A stretch of DNA of 63,608 bases, the filler included, from Octopus bimaculoides (lineage: Eukaryota), in the NCBI RefSeq assembly GCF_001194135.2. It is 6 parts of 6 records of this genome, joined end to end, with 100 filler letters (N's around TTAATTAATTAA, not from the genome) between each part and the next. Parts side by side here need not be neighbours in the genome. Positions count along the whole stretch, not along the records: positions 1 to 24,327 come from NC_068990.1; 5 more parts are not named here. One strand, given 5' to 3'. A program made the position numbers and the translations under genes. Under the pieces are notes generated by a model. That model was not told where the DNA came from and ran no database searches. It saw only the letters and a program-made list of their open reading frames with translations. Of this stretch, positions 1 to 11,790 are shown in pieces (the first letter of the stretch is position 1; every line of letters begins with the position of its first letter).

Positions 1-19
1 ATATATATATAATTTTTTT

Positions 20-165
20 TTCTCCGTGTTTTTCTCCTTGTCTCCGTATTCTTTCTGTTGAAGAGCGTAGCTCGAAACGTCAAAGACTTTCCGTATTCCC
101 GAGCGTCATACTAACATATACTTTTGTTATTTACACCACCTGTCCTCGTCTGTTGTTATTATTTG
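20..165 (+). mobile_element. Short dispersed repeat (family E) carrying a hammerhead motif; probably a Penelope-like terminal repeat or retrozyme-type element
   Basis: Shares TCCTCCGT-like, CTGANGAAGAGC-NNN-GCTCGAAACGT and CC(T/C)GAG(C/T)(G/A)TC blocks with 4486-4612 and 45430-45600. Confidence 0.6.
50..86 (+). ncRNA. Minimal type I hammerhead ribozyme motif with A6>U core substitution
   Basis: TCTTT-CTGTTGA-A-GAGC(GTA)GCTC-GAAA-C-GTC-AAAGA: 5-bp stem I, 4-bp stem II, GUC triplet. Confidence 0.6.
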
Positions 166-173
166 TATATTCT

Positions 174-207
<34 letters not shown>

Positions 208-355
208 ACATGGACACACACACACACACACACGCACACACACACACGCGCACACACACACACATATATACACACACATGCATACACACACGCATATATA
301 TATAAATGGATATACACACGTTTACACGAGCACATATGTCTCTATGCATATATAT

Positions 356-394
<39 letters not shown>

Positions 395-400
395 TGGACT
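124..400. repeat. Compound (AT)n/(CA)n/(TG)n microsatellite
   Basis: Directly visible dinucleotide runs. Confidence 0.95.
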
Positions 401-1143
401 TGTGTATATCCATCCTGTTTTTTATGGAGTAATGTATGTCCTTATGTAATTGCTAGAAGGAGAAAATAACACTAATTCCGGTTTACCTAAGGCAAAAGGG
501 ACACTGATCAACAAAAGGTTTCCGCAGGAAGTAGGAGAAAATCCGACCGGGAAATGGTTTTTCTTCTATTATATATAATACAATATTTTTGTCTCATTAT
601 AACGTATCACTTCTCCCACTGATGTCCGTGTTTCATTTTCTTTCTCTTTTGAGTAGAAGTAATTATTTATTGTCCAATATAAATCATTAGATAAAGACTG
701 GCCTACAGTTGTTAAAGTGTACGAGGTTTTATGAATGCAATTGTTTATTGTCGATCATCTATGTTAATTTTCAATACAAGACATAGATTAAAGGTTCAAA
801 AATAGTTTAAATAGTTTTTCTATTTGTTTCTGTATTCTTTCCTGTCGGCTAAAGATATCTCAATATCTGATCGACGCAACTCATGAACAATGAAATGAGA
901 TACAGAGTCGAATAGAAATTAATTCTCACCCACGAAACTAGAAACATTTGTTAACATTTAAATTAATTTTTTTCGCATGAATAGTATAGCTAAAGTGGTA
1001 GATAAACCACTGTGAGTTTGTCTCGTCATTCGCCTTCCGCACATGAAGATTGCAGTGGCGTTAACCTTGAGTTACCAAGTTTCTATTTCAATACAACCCC
1101 ACCTCTCTCTCTCTCTCTCTAAACTATTTAACTATTATTTTCA

Positions 1144-1290
1144 TTCAAATCCAATTCCGCCGAGGTCGACTTCGCCTTTCATCCTTTCGGGGTCGATGAA
1201 TTAAGTACCAGTTGCGTACTGGGGTCGATCTAATCGACAGGCACTTTCCCTAAAATTTCGGGTCTTGTGCCTAGGTAGAAAAGATTATTT
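1144..1290 (+). mobile_element. SINE family A, 5'-truncated
   Basis: AATTCCGCCGAGGTCGACTT-GCCTTTCATCCTTTCGGGGTCGAT core shared with more than 15 copies in the window. Confidence 0.9.
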
Positions 1291-2411
1291 TCACCCAAAT
1301 CCTATAAATACGCACGCACGCACNNNNNNNNNNNNNNNNNNNNNNNNNNNNNNNNNNNNNNNNNNNNNNNNNNNNNNNNNNNNNNNNNNNNNNNNNNNNN
1401 NNNNNNNNNNNNNNNNNNNNNNNNNNNNNNNNNNNNNNNNNNNNNNNCACACAATTAAAGCAAAACAAGTCCTATTGAAAATATTCCTCATTTAAATTAA
1501 ACGCTGCGTGCTGCAAAGAAATTAACGAAAGCACGAACTTATGTCTTCAGTCTTCACCCCATTGCTGCCGTAAATGAAAAGACAGTTAACATTCCCCAGG
1601 CGGAAGTCCTTACCAACTTCCTAAGTGAAGTGATGTTATACACAATAATATATGACAACCGACAGTGTATGTGTGTGTGCTGAATAGCTACTTAACCTTT
1701 AATCAAAGCTCATCGCTTCTTAGTACTCTGCTCAATTTCACACAGAAGATCACTCGACACTCTTTCAAAATTTCACTCTGCTTTCCATACAACAATTAAA
1801 ACATTTAACTACCCTTTTTATTAACGTAACCTTGTTTTTCTATAGGTGGAAACAACGTTTTAGTTCTATTCAAAAACATTTGAACCTCAATTTTACCTGA
1901 CAACATGTATAATTACCTGGAAAAAAAAAACAAAAAAAAAAACGTTATATACTCTTCTTAAAAGGAATTCAACTTTGCGCCCAGGGTCAAAGATGTAATG
2001 TAGAAATTACAATTATCAATTGTAACATAAAGCCTAGTAACAGCTCTTTTTATTTATAGTAACCTCCTTAAAATGTAAATAGCGAAATCTGTCCGGTCAC
2101 TATTTCTAATAGCTTTGAGATCTTCCGGATAGATTGTCCCAAGTAAATGTTCGAAATAACTGTCGTTAGGAGTAAAACTGTCACCGATATATTTGCAACG
2201 TCTATTGAGAGGTTTGACTAAACCTACCTTATTTTTGCCTTCGGTTTAAGTCATTAAAGAAATTACATTCCCGTGGAGACAATTATGCTTCTGTTAATAA
2301 AGGTTACAGTTATCACTTATCAGAATACCCTTAGTCTGTGTAAAAAAAAAATTTCCAGCTTGCGTTATAAGTCTGGCCGTCACCATTAATCTACTTCACA
2401 TGTATATATTT

Positions 2412-2568
2412 ATCTCTTGCTTTCTAATCGTTTCCGTCATTGGACTGCGGTGATGCTGGAGCGCCGCCTCGAAGAACTTTAGTCGACCCAATCGACCCAG
2501 TCTTTATGGTATTCTAATGCTTGACCCTTCGGGTGATTTTGTGAGACTGCTAGGTTACGGAGACGTTG

Positions 2569-2570
<2 letters not shown>
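2412..2570 (-). mobile_element. SINE family D/B, 3' half, diverged
   Basis: GACTGCGG-ATGCTGGAGC-CCGCC...TTAGTCGAC block matches copies at 21430 and 50065; adjoins a (CA)n tract. Confidence 0.75.

Positions 2571-2652
<82 letters not shown>
2570..2652. repeat. (CA)n microsatellite
   Basis: Pure CA run of about 80 bp. Confidence 0.95.
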
Positions 2653-2656
<4 letters not shown>

Positions 2657-3339
2657 GCACGTACCTATACAAATAACGCGCTTGTTTCAGTCTCTAAAGT
2701 CTTTACAAAACTGTCGCCGGTTTGCGATTATAGAAGATTCTTGCCCAAGATACCACGCAGTAAGACTGAACTACGAACCATGTAGCTGGGAAGGAAACGT
2801 CTTGAAACACAGCCATTCTACGCCTATGTGTTTGTCTTAAACACTATAAGAATTTCTGTATTTAAAATATCACCAAAACAACAGTCACACTGTTATTCCG
2901 ATGCACTCCAACTTGATTTTCCAACACCCACTCATTCTTGGTTTATTATTAGAGCAAAATGATTCAGCCTTTATATTTTCAGTACGTTCATTTTACTTTT
3001 CCCACTGCCACTCACCGACTTATTCACACGTTTTATTTTTTTTTTATCGCCAGACACCTACTTCCCTACAACCCCATTTCTGTAAGAGCGAACAAGCCGA
3101 CAATTCTGTCGTATATATTTTTGGCAACCACTTTATCTTAATAGCAATAATTATTTTCAACGACGAAAGAAATGACACCATGATTTAATTTTTATATCAA
3201 TGCGTAGAAAGTAACATATGGGCAATAAGCACATTATGTGATAATGTATCAGATATCATATGAAAATCTGTTAATAGAAAAACGGAACAATATTTATATT
3301 GTGATCATTAGATTAATGTTATCTTTCACTCACATGAAT

Positions 3340-3375
<36 letters not shown>

Positions 3376-4361
3376 GCATATATGTACTTACACACACATA
3401 CATACATTCACAAACACACAAATACACACACACATATATATACATAAATATATGTGTGTATACACATATACAGTTATACATATATGTACATGTGTGTATA
3501 TATTTGTGTGTATATATATATATGTATGGGTGTGTGTGTATATATATATGTACATATATATGTAAGTGTACATATGTAGTATTACACCAAAAAATGTTAT
3601 ACTTAGACAAAATATGACATACAGACTGTACATAGATTAAATTATAAAAGCTTAATACTTGCGCACAGACAGAAAAAATAATCTAACAAAAAGATTTACT
3701 TTGATGTCTGAATGTCGGATATAAAAACTTATATAACAAATCTTTATCAAATGGAAACAACAGTGAGTTTCACAAGAACTGTATATGTACATATAATGAA
3801 CGATACGTTGTTAATATGAAAGTAAGCAATGGAGATAATTGTTAAAAGAATTAAAAATGAAAGTAAAGTTTTGTGGGTAATCTAAAGAATTATAGGAATG
3901 AAATAAAACAGAGTGTTTTTCGTATTAGTCTGTCTGTCTATATGTATGTCTCTATGTATGCCTGCTCTTTTTATTTCCTTCTTGTTCTTCCGCTCGTAGA
4001 GAGAGAGGGGAGAGAGAGAGGAAGGGAAAGAGAGAAATACAAAACAGTTAACATAAGGGGAGCAAGATGAGTGCATATACTAAGCTTGGTGGCGCGCAAT
4101 GAGTAAAAGAATGTTAGGAGGGGAAGAAGAAAAAAGAGATGAACGAGAGAGGGCAGAGGAGTTTTTCCCTCAGTATATGTGGAAGGACATAAATAAACAA
4201 AAAAACTAGAAGTAGGACAAAATACCTCAACGATTAGCATATTCAAGTTAGAATCTTCAGGAACGTATTATGAATGAATATCTACGGCATTCTTTTTTTA
4301 AAAAAATTATTTCAATATAAAGAATATTTTTCCTTTGTAAATTGATATTAGTCTCTGATGT

Positions 4362-4825
4362 GACTGTGCAGTAAGGAGCTTGTTTGCCAATCATATGGTC
4401 TCGGGCTCAAAGTCAGTGCGTGCTACAATGGGCACCACCCTTCTACTATAGCCGCGGGCCAACCAAAGCCTTGTGGATCGTTGGCAATTTTTTCCTCCGT
4501 CCTCCATTTCTCTTGGACTTTCCTCTTTCCTATGATTCTGAAGAACAGCTTTGCTCGAAGCGTAAAACTACCTTTCTTACCTTCCCTGAGTGTCTGTTAA
4601 TACTTTGCATATAGTGCGTGTGTGTGTGTATGTATATATGTGTGTGTGTATATCTGTGTGCCTGTGTTTGTCCCCCACCACCACTTGACAACCAGTGTTG
4701 GTGTGTTTGCGTCCCCGTAACATAACGGTTGGGTAAAAAGAGCATTCGACTAAAATAAATTCTCCAAGGTGGTAGACTAGCATGGCCGCCGGCTAATGAC
4801 TAAAAACAAGTAAATAATAAAAGAT
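4362..4825 (+). mobile_element. Composite SINE D/B (tRNA head, body, internal GT microsatellite, 3' half), interrupted by a family E insertion at about 4486-4612
   Basis: CTTCTACTATAGCC-CGGGCC-ACCAAAGCCTTGTG before the insert; CTTGACAACC-GTG-TGGTGTGTTT-CGTCCCCGTAAC after it. Confidence 0.75.
4486..4612 (+). mobile_element. Decayed family E hammerhead-bearing repeat
   Basis: ATCGTTGGC...TCCTCCGTC...TTCTGAAGAACAGCTTTGCTCGAAGCGTA aligns to 45430-45520. Confidence 0.65.
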
Positions 4826-5221
4826 AACGGATTAATTTCTAATTAACAGCTAAAAATTTGAGAAAAATTAAATTATAGATACTCTGTGTATAACATATTT
4901 TAATATTACACATGAAAGCAAACGCGTAACTACGAAATTACCCCGTCATATGACGAGTAACACTGTAATATACATATAATGCACAACTCGGTGGAAATCA
5001 GAACTACGCTATATATCGACATATGATTTTTAGCATGATGGGCACAAGCCTTAGTATTGCGTTCATAAACCTCTACCGTAAATACTCTCAGTACGTAACT
5101 TCATTTACGTTTACTTATTAACAAATGTTTACCAGGAACAATAACAAAGACTAGATATTAGTCGCATTGATCCAAATATGATACTATCTATTATCAGTAT
5201 TAACTAGTAAAGACAATATGG

Positions 5222-5638
5222 AGTGGTTTCAAATTTTGGCACAAGGCCACCAATTTGGGGTGGGGTAAGTCGAATGCAGTATTAAATTAGCTCTTAATTT
5301 ATCAACCCCGATCGGATGAAGGCCAAAGTCGACCTTAGCAGAATTTGAACACAGAACGTGAAGACAGACGACATGCCGCTAAGTATTTTGCTTGGCATGC
5401 TGAACGATTCTGTATGGTCACCGTCTTACAAAGAGCACACCTATAGGTTTCAAATATTGGCGCAAGGTAAGTCAATCTTGTCGGTCCCAGTGCTCAACAA
5501 GCACTTATTCTATCAACTCTAAATGAATGAAGGGTAACGTCAACCTGCGCAAATTTTGAATTCAGAAACTAAAGATGGACGAAATATCGTTAAGCATTTT
5601 GCACAACGTGCTAGAGATTCTACCAGCTTGCCGCCTTA
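5222..5638 (-). mobile_element. Two tandem diverged SINE family A copies (about 5222-5427 and 5446-5638)
   Basis: Reverse-complement matches to the family A core and head (GAATTTGAAC-CAGAAC, TAAGCATTTTG, CTACCAGCTTGCCGCC). Confidence 0.8.
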
Positions 5639-6014
5639 GACAGAGCAAACATACAAATATCAAGTACTAAGCTTGTCTTTTGTGTATGATTATATTACTT
5701 TAAATAATAAAACACTTAACCTGTTTGATAAATACTATTGCAATACAAAAACAACAGGTTCCTGTCTTTTATTACTAAGTTTTCGTTAAATTGGAAACTT
5801 GTATGTGCATTGATTTTTAGTTGTCGTGATGTAACTGTTCGTTAATATTTGCTGTTGTTCTTGTTTAGCACCAGTTCAATCTAAATCCAACAGAATTATC
5901 ATAAAAGGAATTTTCGTCATTCCGTGTCCTTTTATTTACCTTTTGAGTATCCAGGCTGCATTCTTCAATTTATCTCTTATATATGACAGTAAAGATTTGA
6001 TTGTAACGTACATG

Positions 6015-6022
6015 AATACACA

Positions 6023-6062
<40 letters not shown>

Positions 6063-6072
6063 CACACACACA

Positions 6073-6151
<79 letters not shown>

Positions 6152-6152
6152 G
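6015..6152. repeat. (CA)n microsatellite
   Basis: Directly visible. Confidence 0.95.
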
Positions 6153-6232
6153 TAAGAACACGAACGAAAGAAAGTGGCACTCAACACATTTTTACGAGTC
6201 ATGTCTTTTTAGTAGCAGCTTGACGCAGCTGC

Positions 6233-6290
6233 ATATGACTTCAGGTTTCGTAGGTGTGTAGGAAAGGGACACGTCCATCTCATCAGATAC
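6233..6290 (-). ncRNA. Type I hammerhead ribozyme-like motif with intact core and imperfect stem II
   Basis: Minus strand reads GTAT-CTGATGA-GATGG...CCTAC-GAAA-C-CTGAA-GTC-ATAT. Confidence 0.5.
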
Positions 6291-6791
6291 TAAGAGCAGA
6301 TTAGTCGTCTATTGGTCACATCAGGTCTCATAGTATAATTGCTATGAAACTTCACAAACTATTTTTCTTAATCTTTCGCGGGTGCGAAGGTATAGCCACG
6401 ATATATACATATATATATATGTGTGTGTGTGTATACATGCATATACATATGTATACATGTATGCATGTTTGCGTGTGTAAATCATCATTCAAATAATTAC
6501 ATAATTAATTTATCTCATTGATTAATTTTAATGTGAGCGACTATCCATCAAGAGAAAAATACTTTTATGAAATTTATGAAATCCGTGTATTCGTGCATGT
6601 GTGTCTGTGTTTATGTTTGTGAGTGTATGTATGTATGTATTTGATAGGCATCTTCCAGCAAACTTTCGCCTCTTAATGGACTTCGTAATTTGTTCCGATT
6701 AACGTAAACATATATGTATATCTGTGTATGCTTGTGTATCTATCTGTCCACGCCTCTCACTCTTTCTCTCTCCTCTCTTTCCTTTCTGTCC

Positions 6792-6840
<49 letters not shown>

Positions 6841-7200
6841 NNNNNNNNNNTATATATATATATATATATATATATATAGCTAAATAAACAGATAGATATA
6901 CTCGTTATATAAACAGATGGAAAGACTAAGTATGGAGAAGTCCCTCGATGATATTCCAAAAGAAAAGCAATTGCAGTCAACGATACGTTTATGAAACGAG
7001 AATAGTGAAATCGAATTTATGAATTCAACTCTTCTTTTTATGACTCTCTATATGCAAATATAGATAATATAAAGGCAGTTGTAGAATGAATTTATATACC
7101 ATTGAAAGAATCATTGATTTTGCGAGGTATACGAATCCGGAGCCTACATACATAGATGCATAGATACATACAAAGATATATAAATACTTACACACACACA

Positions 7201-7247
<47 letters not shown>

Positions 7248-7700
7248 GTATTTATTTATTTATATATACGAGCGCGCGCGCACACACACACACGTACATA
7301 ATGGAACTGCAATGTAGTAATTCATTTAGTCCAACACTGTACCATTTCAGAAATTTACATCACTATTCACACTACCATTAACTGCCTTACGAACCCAGTC
7401 TCCATATAAATTCCTTTTATTTATTTTTAGTTTTAATGAAACCATTTATCTGTATAGTTGTGGGAACTGTTTTATGACAATGTCGAAAGTTTTCCAATTC
7501 ACATATCTCTCTTGCCTAGTTGCACATGAAGCTGTCACAAGTAAGAAAATTACTTCCGTTTCGGAGATTTTCCACAAGAGCTGATACTGAGAATTTCTCG
7601 GAAGAACTTTTCCATTATGTTGACTTCAAACTGATTTTTATACAAAATAATGTTCAAACTATTGGAAAGGTGTCATACATTATTCTTTTCAAATATTTGG

Positions 7701-7751
<51 letters not shown>

Positions 7752-8169
7752 CATTAATTTAAAGAGATTGTTTAGGAACATTGCATATAGAACTTACAGT
7801 TTTGCATCGATCCTTACATTAGAAAGCTGGCAAGGGACTACTTAACAAGTTAAGTTTAAAATCATGAAGATTATGGTACAACGTGCAACGCTGTTTATGG
7901 TGTGTTCCTTGAGGCTTCTTCTGATTCTACATGTATCGTTATGAGCAAACGGAAGTGATATTCCTGGTTACTATGCATGAAAAACATAGCACCTAATATC
8001 CCTCGAATCACATTATCTCATCCGGATAAAGAATTGCCTTTTCAATAAAATCAGAATAACACGATTGGTTGTGGCTTCTTGGACGCTGTGGATGTTGCAC
8101 GGCTAACTGGACAATCGGCCTGTTTTAGAGTACTTCTTGGCGCTGGGCTCAAACACACACACACACACA

Positions 8170-8375
8170 CACACGCCAGTCCATCGCAGCGTTACTCAAA
8201 ACACAGGAAGAAAGATTGAGAGAAAGTTGGGGCGAAAGAGTTCAACAGGGGTCGCCACCACTCCTTGCCGGAGCCTTGTGGAGCTTTAGGTGTTTTCGCT
8301 CAATAAACACTCACACTCTGGGAATCCAATCCGCGAGTCATCTGCCCTAACCACTGGGCCATTGCGCCTCCACAC
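8170..8375 (-). mobile_element. tRNA-derived SINE family T, partial
   Basis: Reverse complement of the 57228-57400 head and body (GGCGCAATGGCCCAGTGGTTAGGGCAG; TTTATTGAGCGAAAACACCTAAAGCTCCAC). Confidence 0.85.
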
Positions 8376-8682
8376 AAACCACATATAACGAACTAAAAAA
8401 AGTTGATTAAGAAGAAATGTGAAAAAGCTGAGAAGGCAGTATATAGAAAACGCGGAAGGTAAAAAAAAATTGAAAATGAAAAAACGGAAAAGGAAAAGGT
8501 AAAGGCTGAAATGTAAAAAATTAAAGAAAAAAATAAAAAAGTTATCTTCCTTAGATCTTAAATATTAAGGCTGGAAAGATACCAACAAGTTAATGAGGTA
8601 TAGGCGGAATATTGCAGTTTTTCAAAATATATTTATACACGGTGGTGCACCAGCATGACCGCAGACACTTGGCTGAAACACA

Positions 8683-8713
<31 letters not shown>

Positions 8714-8879
8714 ATATCGTTACTATTAGGTTAAACTGTCGTATGTCCAAATTTGGCGAAATGCATGTTTTTTTCAATATTTATTTTCGCTTGCAATAGC
8801 CGGTTCTTTTGGTCAAACTATATTATCTCCAGCTGCTTTAGATGTCAAGATATCAAAACTTGTCAAAGTGTAGTATAAC

Positions 8880-9562
8880 GGTTTTGCTATGAATGGTGAA
8901 ACTATTTTATCGTTTTCTGAAAAAGCAACGTTTTGGACTTACGACACTTTTGCATCCTATCGCTGAAAATTGTAGACCTAGAGTTCTGTAGAGAGTTAGA
9001 TCTGAAAAGGATCTGAGCTCTTTCAGCTAAACATAGCCTACACTTATTTGATCCATTAACATAAGGTGTGGATTTCTCAATTATCTTCCACTTAATCACA
9101 CGAAGTGTTTCGTTAGCTTTCAAACTCCATACGCGGCCAGCCAACTTAGCTTTGCTTCTGTCCTTATGTCGGTAGGAGGCTATGTGATTGGAATAGCGAT
9201 TTTTAAATTCTTCTTTACATAATCCAATATCGGTCTTCTTATCTGTTGCATTATCATTTAGAGATGCAGTAACATCTGCCTCATATATGACAGATTTAAT
9301 CATATAGCGTTGGTCAAGTGGACAGGATCCTGGGTCGCGCGAGTTACAATTGGGATTAGGCCTTTGCTATTCACCTCGTGTAATGATACTCTTCATACTG
9401 GGGCAACAGCTATACGATAATTTTACAGAACGCCTATCAAAAAATTTCCTGTATCTGTGAGTTGCTGGAAAATGTTTGTCTAGGAGAGACAGGAATCTTT
9501 TACATGCGTTAGTTTTTAGATTAAGGGAAAAGGGAGGGGCGAAACAAATAAATTTCCTTGGC

Positions 9563-9565
<3 letters not shown>
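8880..9565 (-). pseudogene. Penelope-like element remnant: C-terminal RT thumb plus GIY-YIG endonuclease
   Basis: Translations PLPFSLNLKTNACKRFLSLLDKHFP...KLSYSC and VIYEADV...IGLCKEEFKNRYSNH...IKWKIIEK...CRLCLAE are typical of PLE ORF ends; disrupted by a stop codon. Confidence 0.85.

Positions 9566-9619
<54 letters not shown>
9565..9619. repeat. (TTA)n microsatellite between the PLE remnant and the mariner element
   Basis: Directly visible. Confidence 0.95.
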
Positions 9620-9620
<1 letters not shown>

Positions 9621-9622
9621 AA

Positions 9623-10889
9623 TACAGGATGGGTGGAAAGTAACTAAGTAAATAGGTATTACAAATTCCTTATAGAATTTTTAGTATCACTGAAGTCATG
9701 ACGAAAACATTTTTTTAAACAGACAACATTAATGAAGATTTCTTATTTTTTATTGACATATTTCTTGTTTCTTATTTTCCAGGTGGCTGGTAGCTTGACC
9801 GTTCAGGAGCGAGCTAAGATAGCAGCACGCTATGAAATGTGGAATTCCATTGTGTTGGTTCAGAGATGGTGGCGTGCATGGAAAGGTAAGCATGCAACAC
9901 TATGTCCGGAGACAATAGAAAGTTGTCATTGAAAGCTGATGACGACGGGCTCTGTGAACGATAGAAGTGGCCGTCCAATCACATCCCGATCAGCGGAAAG
10001 CGTGCAACAGTGCAGGGAATGTTTAATCGCAGCCCGCAAAAATCAACACGTCAAGCAGCTCGTCAAAGTGGACTAACAAGACACACAATACGTACGGTAT
10101 TGCATAAAGAATTTCATTTTCGTCCGTGGAAATCCTATTACGTGCAGGAGTTAAAACGTGAAGACTGACTACAGAATGGAATATGGAAAGTTAATGCGAA
10201 GTTGGCATGAAGATTGACGTGAATTGTTTGAAGACATCCTCTGGAGTGACGAGGCTGTATTCCATTACCGAGCGTCGAGTGATAAGGATCCAAACATGAT
10301 GGTTGAGAGGATGCAAGCTCGATTAAAACTGACTGTGTGGTGCAGAATAACGGCAACAAGAGCGACACCAGGAATATGGACCGCTATCTTTAGATGTTCG
10401 AAAATCATGAGTGGCCAATGATGTCTAGCTAGGATAACATTGGTGACCTGATATTGATGCAGGATGGTGCACCACTCCATTTTGCTCTTACTGTGTGTGC
10501 GCGATTAGGCCAACATTTGCTAAGACGTTGGTTGGGACGATGCGGACCTCATGAATGGCCTCCAGGATTTTTACTTGTGGTGGTTTCACAAAAGACGACT
10601 TGAACAAGACAAAATCTCGCACAGAGGAAGAGCTGGAGACACGGATTCAGGAGGTTCTCAATTATATTTCAAACAAAGTCCTTCAGAAGGTTGTTCATTC
10701 CATCCCTGACCGTTTGAGAGAAATTGGTTGACGCATCCGGTGCTTACGTTGAAATATGAAGATTTACTTTCAGTTTCTCATGTAATAAATTACATGTATT
10801 ATGTGCTTCAATAAATTTGTAAAAGGAATATGGATTTTATTACAAATTTTTAATGCCTACTTACTTTTCATACACCCACCCACCCTCTA
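9623..10889 (+). mobile_element. Tc1/mariner DNA transposon with degraded TIRs and a pseudogenised transposase (about 9783-10759)
   Basis: N-terminal HTH (ERAKIAARYEMWNSIVLVQRWWR), WSDEAVFH, MQDGAP, RWLGRCGPHEWPP and C-terminal RLRKLVDASGAYVEI*; TA-CAGGATGGGT...AAGTAA left end and imperfect inverted right end; several stops and frameshifts. Confidence 0.9.
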
Positions 10890-10967
10890 TGTCTGTATGT
10901 ATGTATGTATGTATCTATCTATCTATATGTGTGTGTGTGTGTCTGTCTATCTATCTATCTATCTATC

Positions 10968-11000
<33 letters not shown>

Positions 11001-11042
11001 ATAAAAAGAGAGTGAGAAACAGAGAGAGAGAGNNNNNNNNNN

Positions 11043-11094
<52 letters not shown>

Positions 11095-11476
11095 ATTGGG
11101 ATAGGGGGAGAGAAAGAGTGAGAGTGAAGGTGAGGAGAGAGAAAGAAATAGAGTGAAAGAGAGGCTGAGGACAAGAGTAACATTAACACCTATCAAATAT
11201 TAAAACAAATAAGTCAGCGTCGAATAAGCGGCACCAGTTAAGCTCGTCGGAACTGCTGTGCCGAAACATCTTATAACCTCCGAAAATATTCGAGACTGAC
11301 ATTACTGTAACAAAGTATATCATAGACTTGATCGACACAGGAACTGTGAGTGCTACATTATAAGTAATACCACGAGACACGTGAAATTCTATAGGTAATT
11401 ACATATGTATAATGAAAATAAAAATTATTGTAACATATTTATTACTAAATTTTGATTATTTTCTTTTTGATTACAG

Positions 11477-11529
11477 GTAAGTCAAGAACCTTTCTTCGCG
11501 CATCGTGATTCAAACTACACTATTTTCAA
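11477..11529 (+). other. Putative 53-nt exon beginning with a reconstituted donor (CAG|GTAAGT); upstream partner exon ends at 11345
   Basis: Donor ACT|GTGAGT at 11346, AT-rich 131-nt intron, acceptor TTTTCTTTTTGATTACAG at 11476, downstream donor CAA|GTAAGA at 11530; no expression data. Confidence 0.4.
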
Positions 11530-11753
11530 GTAAGAATTTATGTAATATTATACAGAACTTTTTCTCAGAAGATATCCTGAAGAAGTGGTCCTACGTGGTC
11601 ACTACACTCACAATCGGCCTGTACTACTTCTTATAACTTTCATTGTTTTTGTTTTATAAATATATAATTAATTAATCTTTACGCGCGCGCACACATCATA
11701 CATACAAGCACATGTATGTATACATACACACACACATACTCACACAAACAAGC

Positions 11754-11790
<37 letters not shown>

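Noticed and set aside
7864-7944. Signal-peptide-like short ORF MKIMVQRATLFMVCSLRLLLILHVSL
   Set aside because: It has only 26 codons and no strong donor, which is expected by chance in AT-rich DNA.
7552-7957. Two inverted AAACGGAAGT (ETS-like) motifs as a promoter
   Set aside because: A 10-bp match without any transcript start evidence is too weak to call.
8780-8840. CTGGAGA...CGAAA on the minus strand in the PLE 3' region as a possible hammerhead
   Set aside because: The core is mutated and no convincing stems or cleavage triplet can be drawn.
11183-11380. Minus-strand 65-aa ORF
   Set aside because: No recognisable domain, and the strong splice signals in this region are on the plus strand.
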